Below, piece by piece: positions 27,871-37,708 of a DNA stretch of 64,000 bases (position 1 is its first letter; every line of letters begins with the position of its first letter). The stretch is from the IMG/VR virus record IMGVR_UViG_645058793_000001, positions 1 through 64,000 of that record. One strand, written 5' to 3'. The translations under genes and the position numbers were made by a program. Origin of the DNA: a virus. Below the pieces are notes generated by a model. The model made no database searches and was not told the DNA's origin. It saw nothing but the letters and a program-made list of their open reading frames with translations.

Positions 27871-28796
27871 TATTTAACTTCGGTAAGACTAGCAGCATTC
27901 ACCCATACGTTGCCATATCGGGTACTGAATGCAATACCATTAGAGGCTTCATCAACATCTTCCACACGAATGCGGTCAGAGTGTAGACGGAAATAGTCGC
28001 CAACCTTAAGCGTTTGGTTAGCAGTCTTATTTCCTTTGCTATCAACCTTATCGACTGATTCAACACCTAATCCATTAAGTGTCCAATTGATTGGTTTACC
28101 GCCAGCAAAAGCATAGTTGACAACTTGCCAGATGCCATTAACTTGCTTTAGTTCGTCCACACGATATGCAGGTTTAGCTTTGAAATACTCGCCAACGTTT
28201 AATACTTGGTCGACTTTTGCAGTTGACTTAGCAGAAGTGGCGGGAGTGGTGACTGCACCACCGACACCGTATTTAATATCATGCTTTAGCTTATCGTATG
28301 ATACACCCCACTTTTGTAGAAATGGTAGTGGGTCGACATGGTCAGAACCATGACCAGTACGTGAAGCATAGTTGTGAGTTTTAACTCCAACAGTACCCGG
28401 TGTGTCTAACGTGAAATCAGTAATGCCAGCTTCCTTTGCTAGTTGCCGTGCAAGTTCAATATAAATTTTATAGTCACGATTGAACTCAGCTTGGTTAGCT
28501 ACATGTTCATTGAACTCGATTGCTGCATATCCTTCCCAGTTCCAATCTCCGCCAACATCATACGCACCACCATTAGTAGCAGCTACTTGAATAGCTTGTC
28601 CTTCACCAACGATGTGTGTGTAATAGGCGTTACCATACGAACGTGATAGGTATGAAATTGAGTTAGCATTAGTTGCATTAGGATTACCAGTTGAGTGCAA
28701 ATGAACTTGTCGGAAAGGCGCACGCGCCAATCCAGCTGCAACTGCAGGCTTACCTGGAACCACAATATTTTTAATTACGTTAACCATTATTACCAC
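27870..28796 (-). CDS. endolysin: N-acetylmuramoyl-L-alanine amidase-type catalytic domain with two C-terminal SH3b-like repeats
   Basis: N-terminal amidase-like motifs (VHLHSTGNP, GYAAIEFN, HGSDHVDP); two repeated C-terminal VG(E/D)YF...V modules. Confidence 0.7.
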   Translation of the reverse strand: MVIMVNVIKNIVVPGKPAVAAGLARAPFRQVHLHSTGNPNATNANSISYLSRSYGNAYYTHIVGEGQAIQVAATNGGAYDVGGDWNWEGYAAIEFNEHVANQAEFNRDYKIYIELARQLAKEAGITDFTLDTPGTVGVKTHNYASRTGHGSDHVDPLPFLQKWGVSYDKLKHDIKYGVGGAVTTPATSAKSTAKVDQVLNVGEYFKAKPAYRVDELKQVNGIWQVVNYAFAGGKPINWTLNGLGVESVDKVDSKGNKTANQTLKVGDYFRLHSDRIRVEDVDEASNGIAFSTRYGNVWVNAASLTEVK

Positions 28797-29097
28797 CTTT
28801 CATAAATTGCTTGACTATCTGATCCAACCAAGTGGAATTTGCACCAGCAAACCCACCAAGGGCGACATCAGTCCACACTGGTGTGCCGGTTGTCATGCCA
28901 AACAAAAAACCAATTAACAATCCGACAACCACCGATAATGCTGGTAGCCACTTTGGATTGATAACTGGTATCTTCTCTACTAATTCAATTACAGCGTAGG
29001 TTACAAGCAGCATTACAATTCCACCACCTGCTAACCACGCAGATATATCATTCATTATTTTTCCTTTTGTCCCTTTCTTCATGAATACGTTGGGCAT
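28780..29097 (-). CDS. holin
   Basis: 105 aa, two or three TM helices, charged C-terminus, immediately upstream of the endolysin. Confidence 0.55.
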   Translation of the reverse strand: MPNVFMKKGTKGKIMNDISAWLAGGGIVMLLVTYAVIELVEKIPVINPKWLPALSVVVGLLIGFLFGMTTGTPVWTDVALGGFAGANSTWLDQIVKQFMKGGNNG

Positions 29098-29518
29098 CTT
29101 GAATTAACGTATCAGTTCCCTCACTCACTGGTAAGTCTAGAACCTTATGCCCCATCGCTTCACCAGTACCATTACCACCTAAATCAAGATATGGTTGATA
29201 CATATTTAGAAAATTGTCAATGTCGTCCATTGTTGCCCAACCTTGTTTCAACAACCGTCGTCCTTCCTGATACACACGGTCGTGTAATACTGATATTGAT
29301 GCTTTCTTCTGCTTGTCCAATTCTTCTACTAACTTTTTATGCTCACGTTCGTAAGCTTCAATTAGTGGTTGCGTGGCTTGTTCTACTGCTTTAGTTAGCC
29401 TTTCTGACTTTTTCAGTTGTCTCTGCTGAAACCAACGAGTAATCGGCTTAAATATTGACCACGCAGAGACAGTTCCGACGATTCCGACAATCGTTGCTAT
29501 CTCATTCAACTTATCCAT
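29048..29518 (-). CDS. membrane-anchored coiled-coil protein (156 aa)
   Basis: N-terminal TM helix. Confidence 0.4.
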   Translation of the reverse strand: MDKLNEIATIVGIVGTVSAWSIFKPITRWFQQRQLKKSERLTKAVEQATQPLIEAYEREHKKLVEELDKQKKASISVLHDRVYQEGRRLLKQGWATMDDIDNFLNMYQPYLDLGGNGTGEAMGHKVLDLPVSEGTDTLIQDAQRIHEERDKRKNNE

Positions 29519-29520
29519 AA

Positions 29521-29799
29521 TTACTTTGCGTCAACCTCAGCATCATCTGATCCGGTAGTTACAGTTGTGTCAGGCGTTTCAACGGCTACTGTATCAGCTA
29601 ATTTTTTACGTCCTAATGATTCGATTTGCTTACGACTTAAATCATCTAGAGTTACGCCATCTTCTAAATCTGCTGGACGTAGTGCCATATTTGCATTGAC
29701 ACTATCATTGTCCACATAGCCAGAAAAGGCTGTGCCAATTTCTGACGTGTTTCCAGTTGAATCAATACGGTAGTTGATGTTAGTTAGTTTGATATCCAT
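29521..29799 (-). CDS. hypothetical protein (92 aa)
   Basis: ORF. Confidence 0.35.
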   Translation of the reverse strand: MDIKLTNINYRIDSTGNTSEIGTAFSGYVDNDSVNANMALRPADLEDGVTLDDLSRKQIESLGRKKLADTVAVETPDTTVTTGSDDAEVDAK

Positions 29800-29892
29800 A
29801 GTTAGTTCTCCTTTTGTACTTCGGCAAGTTGTGCCTTAAGCTGTGTGTTTTCTGCTTGCAATTGAGCGTTCTTGATATTTAGATTAGCAATC

Positions 29893-32800
29893 TCAATCGC
29901 TAGGTTGTTGACTATTTGATCGTTCATTTTTTAATGCCTCTATTTCTGCTGATAATTCTTGGACCGCTTTGTACAATACTGACGTGTAATCGTAAATCGA
30001 AACAAACTTCTTATCATCGGTTAATAAACGCTCATCGGTTTCATCAGCAATCACACCAATTTCCGTTTGACCATTTTTGGTGTATCGGTGAATCTTTGTG
30101 TTATTAACAATGTCCAAAGCATTATCTTCTAAATCAGTAATGTTTGTTTTGAATTTACGTTGTGACGAAACATTGAAATGTGCTGCTGCAATATCATAGT
30201 ATGTTGACAAATCACGGCTAACAATACGAACCTGACCACCAGAATAAGGTGAAAGATAAAGGTTCTTTGACCCACCATCTTCGTCGATTGCTAGAATTTG
30301 GTTAGCTTTGAAACGTATTCCCAAACCATGTCCTGAGTTAGTTGGATTAGAATAGTAATTCAACGTACCCTTCATGCTATCGTCAACATCGCTAGTGTTA
30401 GCTAGTAATTCTAGTTGCGCACGATTAGTTGAATTGTTGTACATGCTTTTGGCAGCTAACTGTAAGTGGTTATCCTGCTTGTTAATAATACGTCCGGTAT
30501 CAGTCGTGCCTAAGTGACCTGTATCACCAGTCAACACTTTGGCATTTAACTGTCCAGTAGTAATTAGACTTGCGTTGAAATTACCAGTATTAATATTTGA
30601 AGCATTGATGTTGGTGATATTGGCTTTGGCACCATTTAACGTACCTGTGGAAATTGAACCTGCATCTAAGTTAATAATATTTAAGTTCGCACCATTTAAC
30701 GTACCAACCGTTATGTTGGAGGCGTTAAGGTTTTTGAAGTTTCCACCGAGTGCATAGAAATCACCGGTAACTGAGACGTTACCATCAAGCGTAATTTGCT
30801 TACCAACAATACGAGTGTTAGATGTATCACCATTGATACCGGTTATTAACTTACCAGAGTTATCTTGAATACCAATTGCCCAATTATCTTTGAATAGTTG
30901 TAGGACAGTATCAGTAGCCATATAAGAACCTGGCATATACGGTTGAGCAGCTTTCGTAAACGTTAGCATTGGTCTTTTTAAATAAGCATTCGTTCCTTCT
31001 CTGCACTGGAATGAAACACGAATATATTTCGCATCTGTTGGTACAGAAATGTTTTCAACTTTTTTACTGTACCAAGTTCCATCATCAGTACCGTTCCAGT
31101 ACTTTAATACATTCAAGTCACTATTTACGTTTTTATGATTGGAATCTAAAAAACTAAACCATAACGACGTGTAATTTGTATTGGTAATAGTTCTAACGTC
31201 CCATGACAACGAGAATACTGTATTCCCGTTATTTCCAGGTACTGCAACATCTTGTTCGAAGTATGAATACCATTTAGTGGTATCGTTACCCGCGTCTGTT
31301 GGAACATTAATACCGACAGTTGTTTCTCCATCAACAACGTAGCTACGATAAAAATTATAATTCTTACCATTCGCTCCGTTGTTAGCAACATTCCACCCTT
31401 GCAAATCAGGGGTGAATTGCGTGTTAAATAAGCGATTTACTTGCGATACACTGGCCATAATTCCATCAGCACTCTGGCTAATTTCTGATTCCAATCCGGA
31501 CTTAGCACTTGCAATCTGACTAGTTGTATAACTTTTAGATTGCGATAATGTATTAGTATCGCCGTTCTTACGGTCTTGAATTTCAGTAGTAAACTGACCA
31601 GCCGTCTGTGTGCTAAGTGATTTAATTTGTCCACCAACATCATCGACTTTATCTTGAATCATGCCAGCTAATTGTGTTCTGGTAGACTCAACTAAGTTAT
31701 TGTTGTTATATGGCCCTGGTGTGTATGACCCAATTGTCGCACCGAGGACTAGCATCGGGTGTCCTAGATAAGCGTTTGTCCCTTCACGCGCTTCGAACGA
31801 AACATTAAGTTGAGTTGCTCCGTCCGGTACAGCAATGCCTTCCCACTTATTTTGAACATTCCAACTATTCTGACCACTGGGACTATGGCCATTCAAGTCA
31901 GCCCAATTTACATAAACAGTTGAAATTTTAACGCCATTTGAATCTTGGAACTCTAACCATAAGTTGTTATAGAACGCTGTCGTTCTAGCGTTTGCGTACC
32001 ATGACATCGAAATGTATTGTCCTGATAAAGGCGTACTAGCCAATTGCACTTGTTGTCTCAATCGTGCATAAGATGAGTCAGTACCGGCAGAAGTTTCCCA
32101 GCCCACAACAGTTGCATTTATATTTCCTTGTGTGTATGAGCGATATGGTTTCCTTATACCATTGGTTCCTTCTGTATACCACCCTTCTAAGTCTGGGTTG
32201 AACTCCGAATTAATTAATAGGTTTGATTGCCCCATAGAATTAACTTGATCAGCAACGTTTTTAATTTTTGTTTCGAACAACTGCGATGTTTGCGTATTTA
32301 ACGAGGTGTACCCTTGAGTTATATCAATAACCTTTTGATTAATCACCCCAGTCAATTGTGTGACCGTTGACTTGTCACCAGTCTTTCTGTCTTCAACTTC
32401 GTCAGTAATCTGATCAGCTAGCTGCGTGCGAATTGACTGCATTGAGGAATTATTGTTATAACTACCAGAAACATATACGTCACCAATAGTTTTTCCCAAT
32501 ACAATCATAGGCTGACTCAAATAAGCACTAACACCTTCTCTAGCTTCAAATGAAATACGTACAGTCTTAGCATTATCTGGAACGGAAATCCCTTCCCATT
32601 TTTGCAGTAACCATTTTTTTGAACCGCTTTTGTCGTCCCAATTGTTCATTGGTCTATCGTTGCCGGTGATTATATCATTGTGGTTAGAGTCATAGAAATT
32701 AATCCATATATGTTGATACATGCCATCAGTTTTTGAACGAGTCCACGAACGCCATGACATTGAAATATACTTGCCCGATTGTGGCGTTCCATACAAATTA

Positions 32801-35800
32801 ACCTCTTGTCTAAAGGTTGCAAAGTAAGCACCGTTTGATGTATCAGCGCTAGTAGTATCAATACCAACGGCAACCCCATTAAATTCATTTGTCGAAAACG
32901 AACGATAAAAATTGTGCTTATTGTCATTAGAACTCGTACCCCAACCTTCAATGTCAGGATTGAAATCTGAATTATTGAACAAATTAATTGATTGCATACT
33001 TTCCACTGTGGTCTGTATGCCGTCAGCTTTTTGAATAGCCGTTGATGCAGCAGATTGTGCATTGGTAGCAACTGTCATACCGTTAGCTGCAAGTGTAGCT
33101 GTGGCAGATAAGCCGTTATTGGGGTCTTTAACTAAGCCAGTGATACCATCGAGACTGACTTCTAATTCGGCGACACGGGCATTGTTGTTGTAGTTACCCG
33201 GAACGTAGTCACCAATAGTTGAACCTAGAACCAACATAGGTTGTGATAGATAGGCTAACGTACCTTCACGGGCTTGAAACCATACAGTTAATTTAACTGC
33301 TGTTTCAGGAACATCAATACCTTCCCACTTTTTACGTTTCGTCCATGAATTGTCTGTGTCTGTTTGGCTCCATTGTTTATAACTCTCACCAACCTTCATA
33401 CCAGACTTATCATAAAACCTTACCCACAAGCCATTATAGTTATCTACTCGACTAGCCCACGAAGCCCATGACATTGATATTTGATGTCCGGAACCAGGTG
33501 TAGATGCAAGCATAAAATCTTGTTTAAATGATACCCATGTATTTGCAGGAGCATTCTGTGTATCAAACCCAACGACATTTGCTTGAATAACACCTTGCCA
33601 GTATGAGCGATAGGGAAATTTACTTCCCGTATCAGCTTCGGTATACCACCCTTCCAAATCAGGATTAAACTCCGTATTCATCAACTGATTAACTTGACCT
33701 TGCGCATTTGCTTTCGCCTGCAACTCGGTAACGATATTAGATATGCTATCAACAGTTTGCTTGGTTTCGGAATACTTACCTTCCAAATCTTTTGTTTCTT
33801 TATCGTAATCAGTCTGACTTACCTTAGAAGTTATCTGGTTATTTAATACATTAATACTTGCGGTATTAGCGTTAACTTTCTTATCATTAGTAGATTTATA
33901 ACTAGCAACATCAGCCGTCACTGCATCAGCCGTTGTTTTAACCTGACCATATTTAGTATCTAGATCTTTAGTTTTCTTATCGTAATCTGATTGGCTGACT
34001 TTAGTTGTAATCGCTTTACTATTCGCATCAATCGCAGCAGTATTAGACGAGACCTTGCCGTCATTAGTCTTTTGGTATGCTTCTACATCAGCACGAACAC
34101 CATCAGCTTTTTGACTAACCGTGGAAATCGAATTATTTAACGTTTGATTGTTCTTGTCATAATCTGACTTAGCAACTTTTGTTTTAACTTCGTCTGCTAG
34201 TTGAGTAATTGAAGATGTATTGGTTTCAATGCCTGACTGAACATCTTCAGGAGCTGGTGTCCAATCTGTTGCAATAGTACCAATTTCTAACTTAGGTCTT
34301 GAAGCTTCGATATAATCTGCTTTAATTCCTTGAATATATATACCAACACTAACCCCTTTATTTGGGTCAATATCGACATTTGTTAGGTTTTTGAATGCTG
34401 TTATTCTACCTGAAAATGAGTCGCCAACTTTAAGATAGCTTTGGGTGATACTCGTACTTGGTGACACATATAATTTATTCCCGTCTACATCAAAGAAAAT
34501 AAGTTCCATTAATACACGATTGAAGCCATTACTAAATGATGTAATGTTTTTAATATCAACATACAATGATGTTGTTACCATCTTGTGCGAAAATTCAGAA
34601 CCATTAACTGTTGTTCCCAAATTTGATTTGTATGGATAAGGAACACCATCAGATTGTACAATTTTTAAGTCTGAGTTAGGAATGTAGTTCCTACCACCAA
34701 CCGCTAAGTTATTAATCTTGGTAACGGTGCTTTCAAACCCATCTGCTCGTTGCTTTAATTGTGATACACTCTCGTCAATTTGACCTGTTTTCTGATTATA
34801 TTCAGTTTGAGAAACCTTACTTGAAACCTCATCAGAAACAACTTTAAGTTGTGCTGTATTTGCAGAAACTTTTTTATCATTATCCAATTTATAACTAGCA
34901 ACGTCAGTTGTTACACCATCAGCTGTTTGCTTAATTTGTGCATACTTAGTATCTAAATCTTTTGTTTTTGTATCATAGTCTGACTGTGAGACTTTACTTG
35001 ATAATTCTTCTTGGGTTGCTACAATATCAGCATGATTCTTTTGAATATCATCTCCCAAGTCTTTCTTTGCATCTGCAAGGGCCTGGTTTGCTGATTGAGC
35101 AACTTGTTGAGCTTCTGAATGAGCTGTTGCTGTTGCTGTATCTACCATTGACTTAGCAGCACTACCAGCCGTTGTGTTAATACGCGTTTCCGCTTCGGAG
35201 AGTGCCACGTTTGCACTACTCAATGCACTGGAAGCTTGTGCTTTACCGTATGCAGCAGCCGAACTCGCCATACTATTTGCACGGCTTGCAGCACTGTTGG
35301 CCATACTGGTGGCAGCACTAGAAAACGCCGTTCGCTCCGAAGTTGCTAGTTGTAATTGATGTGCTGCACTACTTGCGATTGAGTCAGCTTCGGCAGCTAA
35401 ACTCTCGCGTTCACTTGCCGCACTACTCAATGCTGTGTTAGCCTCTGATTGGAACTCGGCTGCTTCACTAGCACGGACTGCGTCCATAGCAGCTGCTTGT
35501 GACTTAGCAGTTTCGATAGCTTCATCAACTTTGTTAGCAATGTATTCACCAGTTTTAGTAGAAACTAACTCAACCCACGTTGTACCGTCCCACATGAAAA
35601 TGTACTCATCGTCACCATCTTTAACGAAATACTTGTCACCAACTTTTGGGTTAGCAGGAAATGGATCATTGATTGAATTTCCGTAGTAGTCAGTATTCTT
35701 ACCATCAGCAGATGCAATAGCTGCACCTTGTGCAATATGTAAAGCTTTATCAGCAGTCTCTTTCGCACTGGCAACATTGTTAATAAACTGTTGTGTCAGC

Positions 35801-36867
35801 GTACGTTTCTTAGCACCAATTGTATAACTGTCGTACTGATCTAATAACACGTTCCATGTAATTGCGCTAACTTGTGCTAACGTATTGATACGTAATGCTT
35901 GGAAATAAACCTTAATCGTGTCACCTAAGTCGAGTGACTCCACATTCTCGCCTAAGGCTTTATTCATATCAACCGTGGATAGGTCAATTGAAACTTCTGG
36001 AATACCAACTTTATTATTGGTTATATATTGCTTGGCAAACGCACGCAACTTGTCATCAGTGTAACTCTTGATTGCGTTATCACCAGTAAACTTATCCGAG
36101 AAGTCAACCACTTGTATAACAGGCGCATTGAAGTTGTCAAAATATTTTGATTCAACAATTGTCTCAGGTAACGTCTTAACAATTGTTTTTTTGCTATCAC
36201 TATCGTCAGTGAACTGCGCGTATGGATAAATTGCATTATACGTTGAGGTGATATTTTCCTCTTGCGTTAATGTGGTAATGTTTTTCCCATACACCAACAT
36301 GTCGTGTGATTCTTTACCACGCTGATTTAGTAGTGAAACTTCAAAGTTATCGAACTTGTATTGTCCACCAACTAAATCTAGTATCGAACCTTCCTGACCA
36401 CCTAATACCGTACGTGCGTTACCGAACGTTTGCGGTGTGAATGTTCCAGTAGATTGTGTCATGACATCAGACTTAACTGTGAATAAATCGCTGCCGTATA
36501 ATAACTGAGCTTTCCACGCAGTTAACATTTGTAGGCCATTGCCAGTAGCGGTATAGGCTTTTGTTGGAATACCGTTCAATCGATAACTAATATGCTCGGC
36601 GTAAACGCTACGGTTATAAGTCGTATCACTGGTAATTTTTTTAATTTCGAATATTTGCCCCTTAAGCACATTGCCAGCATCAACCTTAACAAACGCCTGT
36701 TCCTCGATTGCGCTATCTAATGCACCGCCAACTGGATAAGTAAATTCAAAAATAAATTGTCCGTTGAGTTCCTCAGTGACAATCGCTTTCTCGGTATCAG
36801 TTAACAATCCTAGACCTAAGTTATCGAAGTCAGTCGTACCCGGTTTGTAAATAATTGGATAACTCAT
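29893..36867 (-). CDS. tail-associated lysin / receptor-binding tail fibre protein (Tal), 2324 aa, with C-terminal S74-type intramolecular chaperone
   Basis: N-terminus matches the siphovirus Tal (prophage tail endopeptidase) fold; long Ala/Ser coiled-coil; four tandem ~280-aa repeats each starting (N)xFNPDLEGW; C-terminal IGVIADET motif typical of peptidase S74 chaperone domains. Confidence 0.75.
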   Translation of the reverse strand: MSYPIIYKPGTTDFDNLGLGLLTDTEKAIVTEELNGQFIFEFTYPVGGALDSAIEEQAFVKVDAGNVLKGQIFEIKKITSDTTYNRSVYAEHISYRLNGIPTKAYTATGNGLQMLTAWKAQLLYGSDLFTVKSDVMTQSTGTFTPQTFGNARTVLGGQEGSILDLVGGQYKFDNFEVSLLNQRGKESHDMLVYGKNITTLTQEENITSTYNAIYPYAQFTDDSDSKKTIVKTLPETIVESKYFDNFNAPVIQVVDFSDKFTGDNAIKSYTDDKLRAFAKQYITNNKVGIPEVSIDLSTVDMNKALGENVESLDLGDTIKVYFQALRINTLAQVSAITWNVLLDQYDSYTIGAKKRTLTQQFINNVASAKETADKALHIAQGAAIASADGKNTDYYGNSINDPFPANPKVGDKYFVKDGDDEYIFMWDGTTWVELVSTKTGEYIANKVDEAIETAKSQAAAMDAVRASEAAEFQSEANTALSSAASERESLAAEADSIASSAAHQLQLATSERTAFSSAATSMANSAASRANSMASSAAAYGKAQASSALSSANVALSEAETRINTTAGSAAKSMVDTATATAHSEAQQVAQSANQALADAKKDLGDDIQKNHADIVATQEELSSKVSQSDYDTKTKDLDTKYAQIKQTADGVTTDVASYKLDNDKKVSANTAQLKVVSDEVSSKVSQTEYNQKTGQIDESVSQLKQRADGFESTVTKINNLAVGGRNYIPNSDLKIVQSDGVPYPYKSNLGTTVNGSEFSHKMVTTSLYVDIKNITSFSNGFNRVLMELIFFDVDGNKLYVSPSTSITQSYLKVGDSFSGRITAFKNLTNVDIDPNKGVSVGIYIQGIKADYIEASRPKLEIGTIATDWTPAPEDVQSGIETNTSSITQLADEVKTKVAKSDYDKNNQTLNNSISTVSQKADGVRADVEAYQKTNDGKVSSNTAAIDANSKAITTKVSQSDYDKKTKDLDTKYGQVKTTADAVTADVASYKSTNDKKVNANTASINVLNNQITSKVSQTDYDKETKDLEGKYSETKQTVDSISNIVTELQAKANAQGQVNQLMNTEFNPDLEGWYTEADTGSKFPYRSYWQGVIQANVVGFDTQNAPANTWVSFKQDFMLASTPGSGHQISMSWASWASRVDNYNGLWVRFYDKSGMKVGESYKQWSQTDTDNSWTKRKKWEGIDVPETAVKLTVWFQAREGTLAYLSQPMLVLGSTIGDYVPGNYNNNARVAELEVSLDGITGLVKDPNNGLSATATLAANGMTVATNAQSAASTAIQKADGIQTTVESMQSINLFNNSDFNPDIEGWGTSSNDNKHNFYRSFSTNEFNGVAVGIDTTSADTSNGAYFATFRQEVNLYGTPQSGKYISMSWRSWTRSKTDGMYQHIWINFYDSNHNDIITGNDRPMNNWDDKSGSKKWLLQKWEGISVPDNAKTVRISFEAREGVSAYLSQPMIVLGKTIGDVYVSGSYNNNSSMQSIRTQLADQITDEVEDRKTGDKSTVTQLTGVINQKVIDITQGYTSLNTQTSQLFETKIKNVADQVNSMGQSNLLINSEFNPDLEGWYTEGTNGIRKPYRSYTQGNINATVVGWETSAGTDSSYARLRQQVQLASTPLSGQYISMSWYANARTTAFYNNLWLEFQDSNGVKISTVYVNWADLNGHSPSGQNSWNVQNKWEGIAVPDGATQLNVSFEAREGTNAYLGHPMLVLGATIGSYTPGPYNNNNLVESTRTQLAGMIQDKVDDVGGQIKSLSTQTAGQFTTEIQDRKNGDTNTLSQSKSYTTSQIASAKSGLESEISQSADGIMASVSQVNRLFNTQFTPDLQGWNVANNGANGKNYNFYRSYVVDGETTVGINVPTDAGNDTTKWYSYFEQDVAVPGNNGNTVFSLSWDVRTITNTNYTSLWFSFLDSNHKNVNSDLNVLKYWNGTDDGTWYSKKVENISVPTDAKYIRVSFQCREGTNAYLKRPMLTFTKAAQPYMPGSYMATDTVLQLFKDNWAIGIQDNSGKLITGINGDTSNTRIVGKQITLDGNVSVTGDFYALGGNFKNLNASNITVGTLNGANLNIINLDAGSISTGTLNGAKANITNINASNINTGNFNASLITTGQLNAKVLTGDTGHLGTTDTGRIINKQDNHLQLAAKSMYNNSTNRAQLELLANTSDVDDSMKGTLNYYSNPTNSGHGLGIRFKANQILAIDEDGGSKNLYLSPYSGGQVRIVSRDLSTYYDIAAAHFNVSSQRKFKTNITDLEDNALDIVNNTKIHRYTKNGQTEIGVIADETDERLLTDDKKFVSIYDYTSVLYKAVQELSAEIEALKNERSNSQQPSD

Positions 36868-36870
36868 GTC

Positions 36871-37668
36871 CTATATCAGCTCCTCCCATTTTGGAATAAT
36901 TGTCATTGTTGTATCACCGGTTGTGGTCCATGAAATGGTATTATTACCGGGCAATAGTTTTAGGAACGGTAGACTGTTGATACGAAACATTGAGTTGTCA
37001 TTTGTTTTCGTACTGATTGCTGTCATAGCTTTCGAGTCCAAAATAATACCACCATCTAAATTAAGTAGCTTCATTGTTTGGCTACCAATTGTAATGGTGG
37101 TATCTCCGCTTCCGGTTAATTTAATTGTTGGATATGCATCTGACTTCGTTGGGTTATTGATTGTGCCACCGCTTTTAATTGTTGTCTCCGTTAAACCAGA
37201 AAGTAAGAACCGCTTGGGTTCAAAACGGAATTGTACATCAGCGGTTGCAGCATATTGATTAATACGCGTGAATGTATATTCAGCACTAATGTAAACGTTA
37301 TAGTAAACATCAGGTTCGGCTGACCACATGAAGGCACCACCAGCGTAAGTCCCTTTGAACCACTCGTCAACTTCCTGAATTGCCGTTTCAATTGAACGGT
37401 TACCAGCAGTGACAATAGCAATAGGTAGTGTACGCACGACTGTTTTATAACGATTGTTTGAAATAGCAACCGACCCATCACGACCAGGTACCTCAACGTA
37501 TGTAATATCTGTTTCTGGTGAGACAAACGTAAAACTGTGTTGCAGATAAACACCAAAGTCTGACGAGTATTTACCGCCATAAAAAAAGTGTCGATCGTCG
37601 CTCGGTAATGCTTTGAATTTTGTTTGTGCATCTAGCAACGTCTGAGTTGCTGGTTTATAAAACTTCAT
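36871..37668 (-). CDS. distal tail protein (Dit)
   Basis: 265 aa; position between tape measure and Tal. Confidence 0.6.
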   Translation of the reverse strand: MKFYKPATQTLLDAQTKFKALPSDDRHFFYGGKYSSDFGVYLQHSFTFVSPETDITYVEVPGRDGSVAISNNRYKTVVRTLPIAIVTAGNRSIETAIQEVDEWFKGTYAGGAFMWSAEPDVYYNVYISAEYTFTRINQYAATADVQFRFEPKRFLLSGLTETTIKSGGTINNPTKSDAYPTIKLTGSGDTTITIGSQTMKLLNLDGGIILDSKAMTAISTKTNDNSMFRINSLPFLKLLPGNNTISWTTTGDTTMTIIPKWEELI

Positions 37669-37708
37669 GAATAATTACCTCGTATCATATATGTATGGTA
37701 GGAAAATC

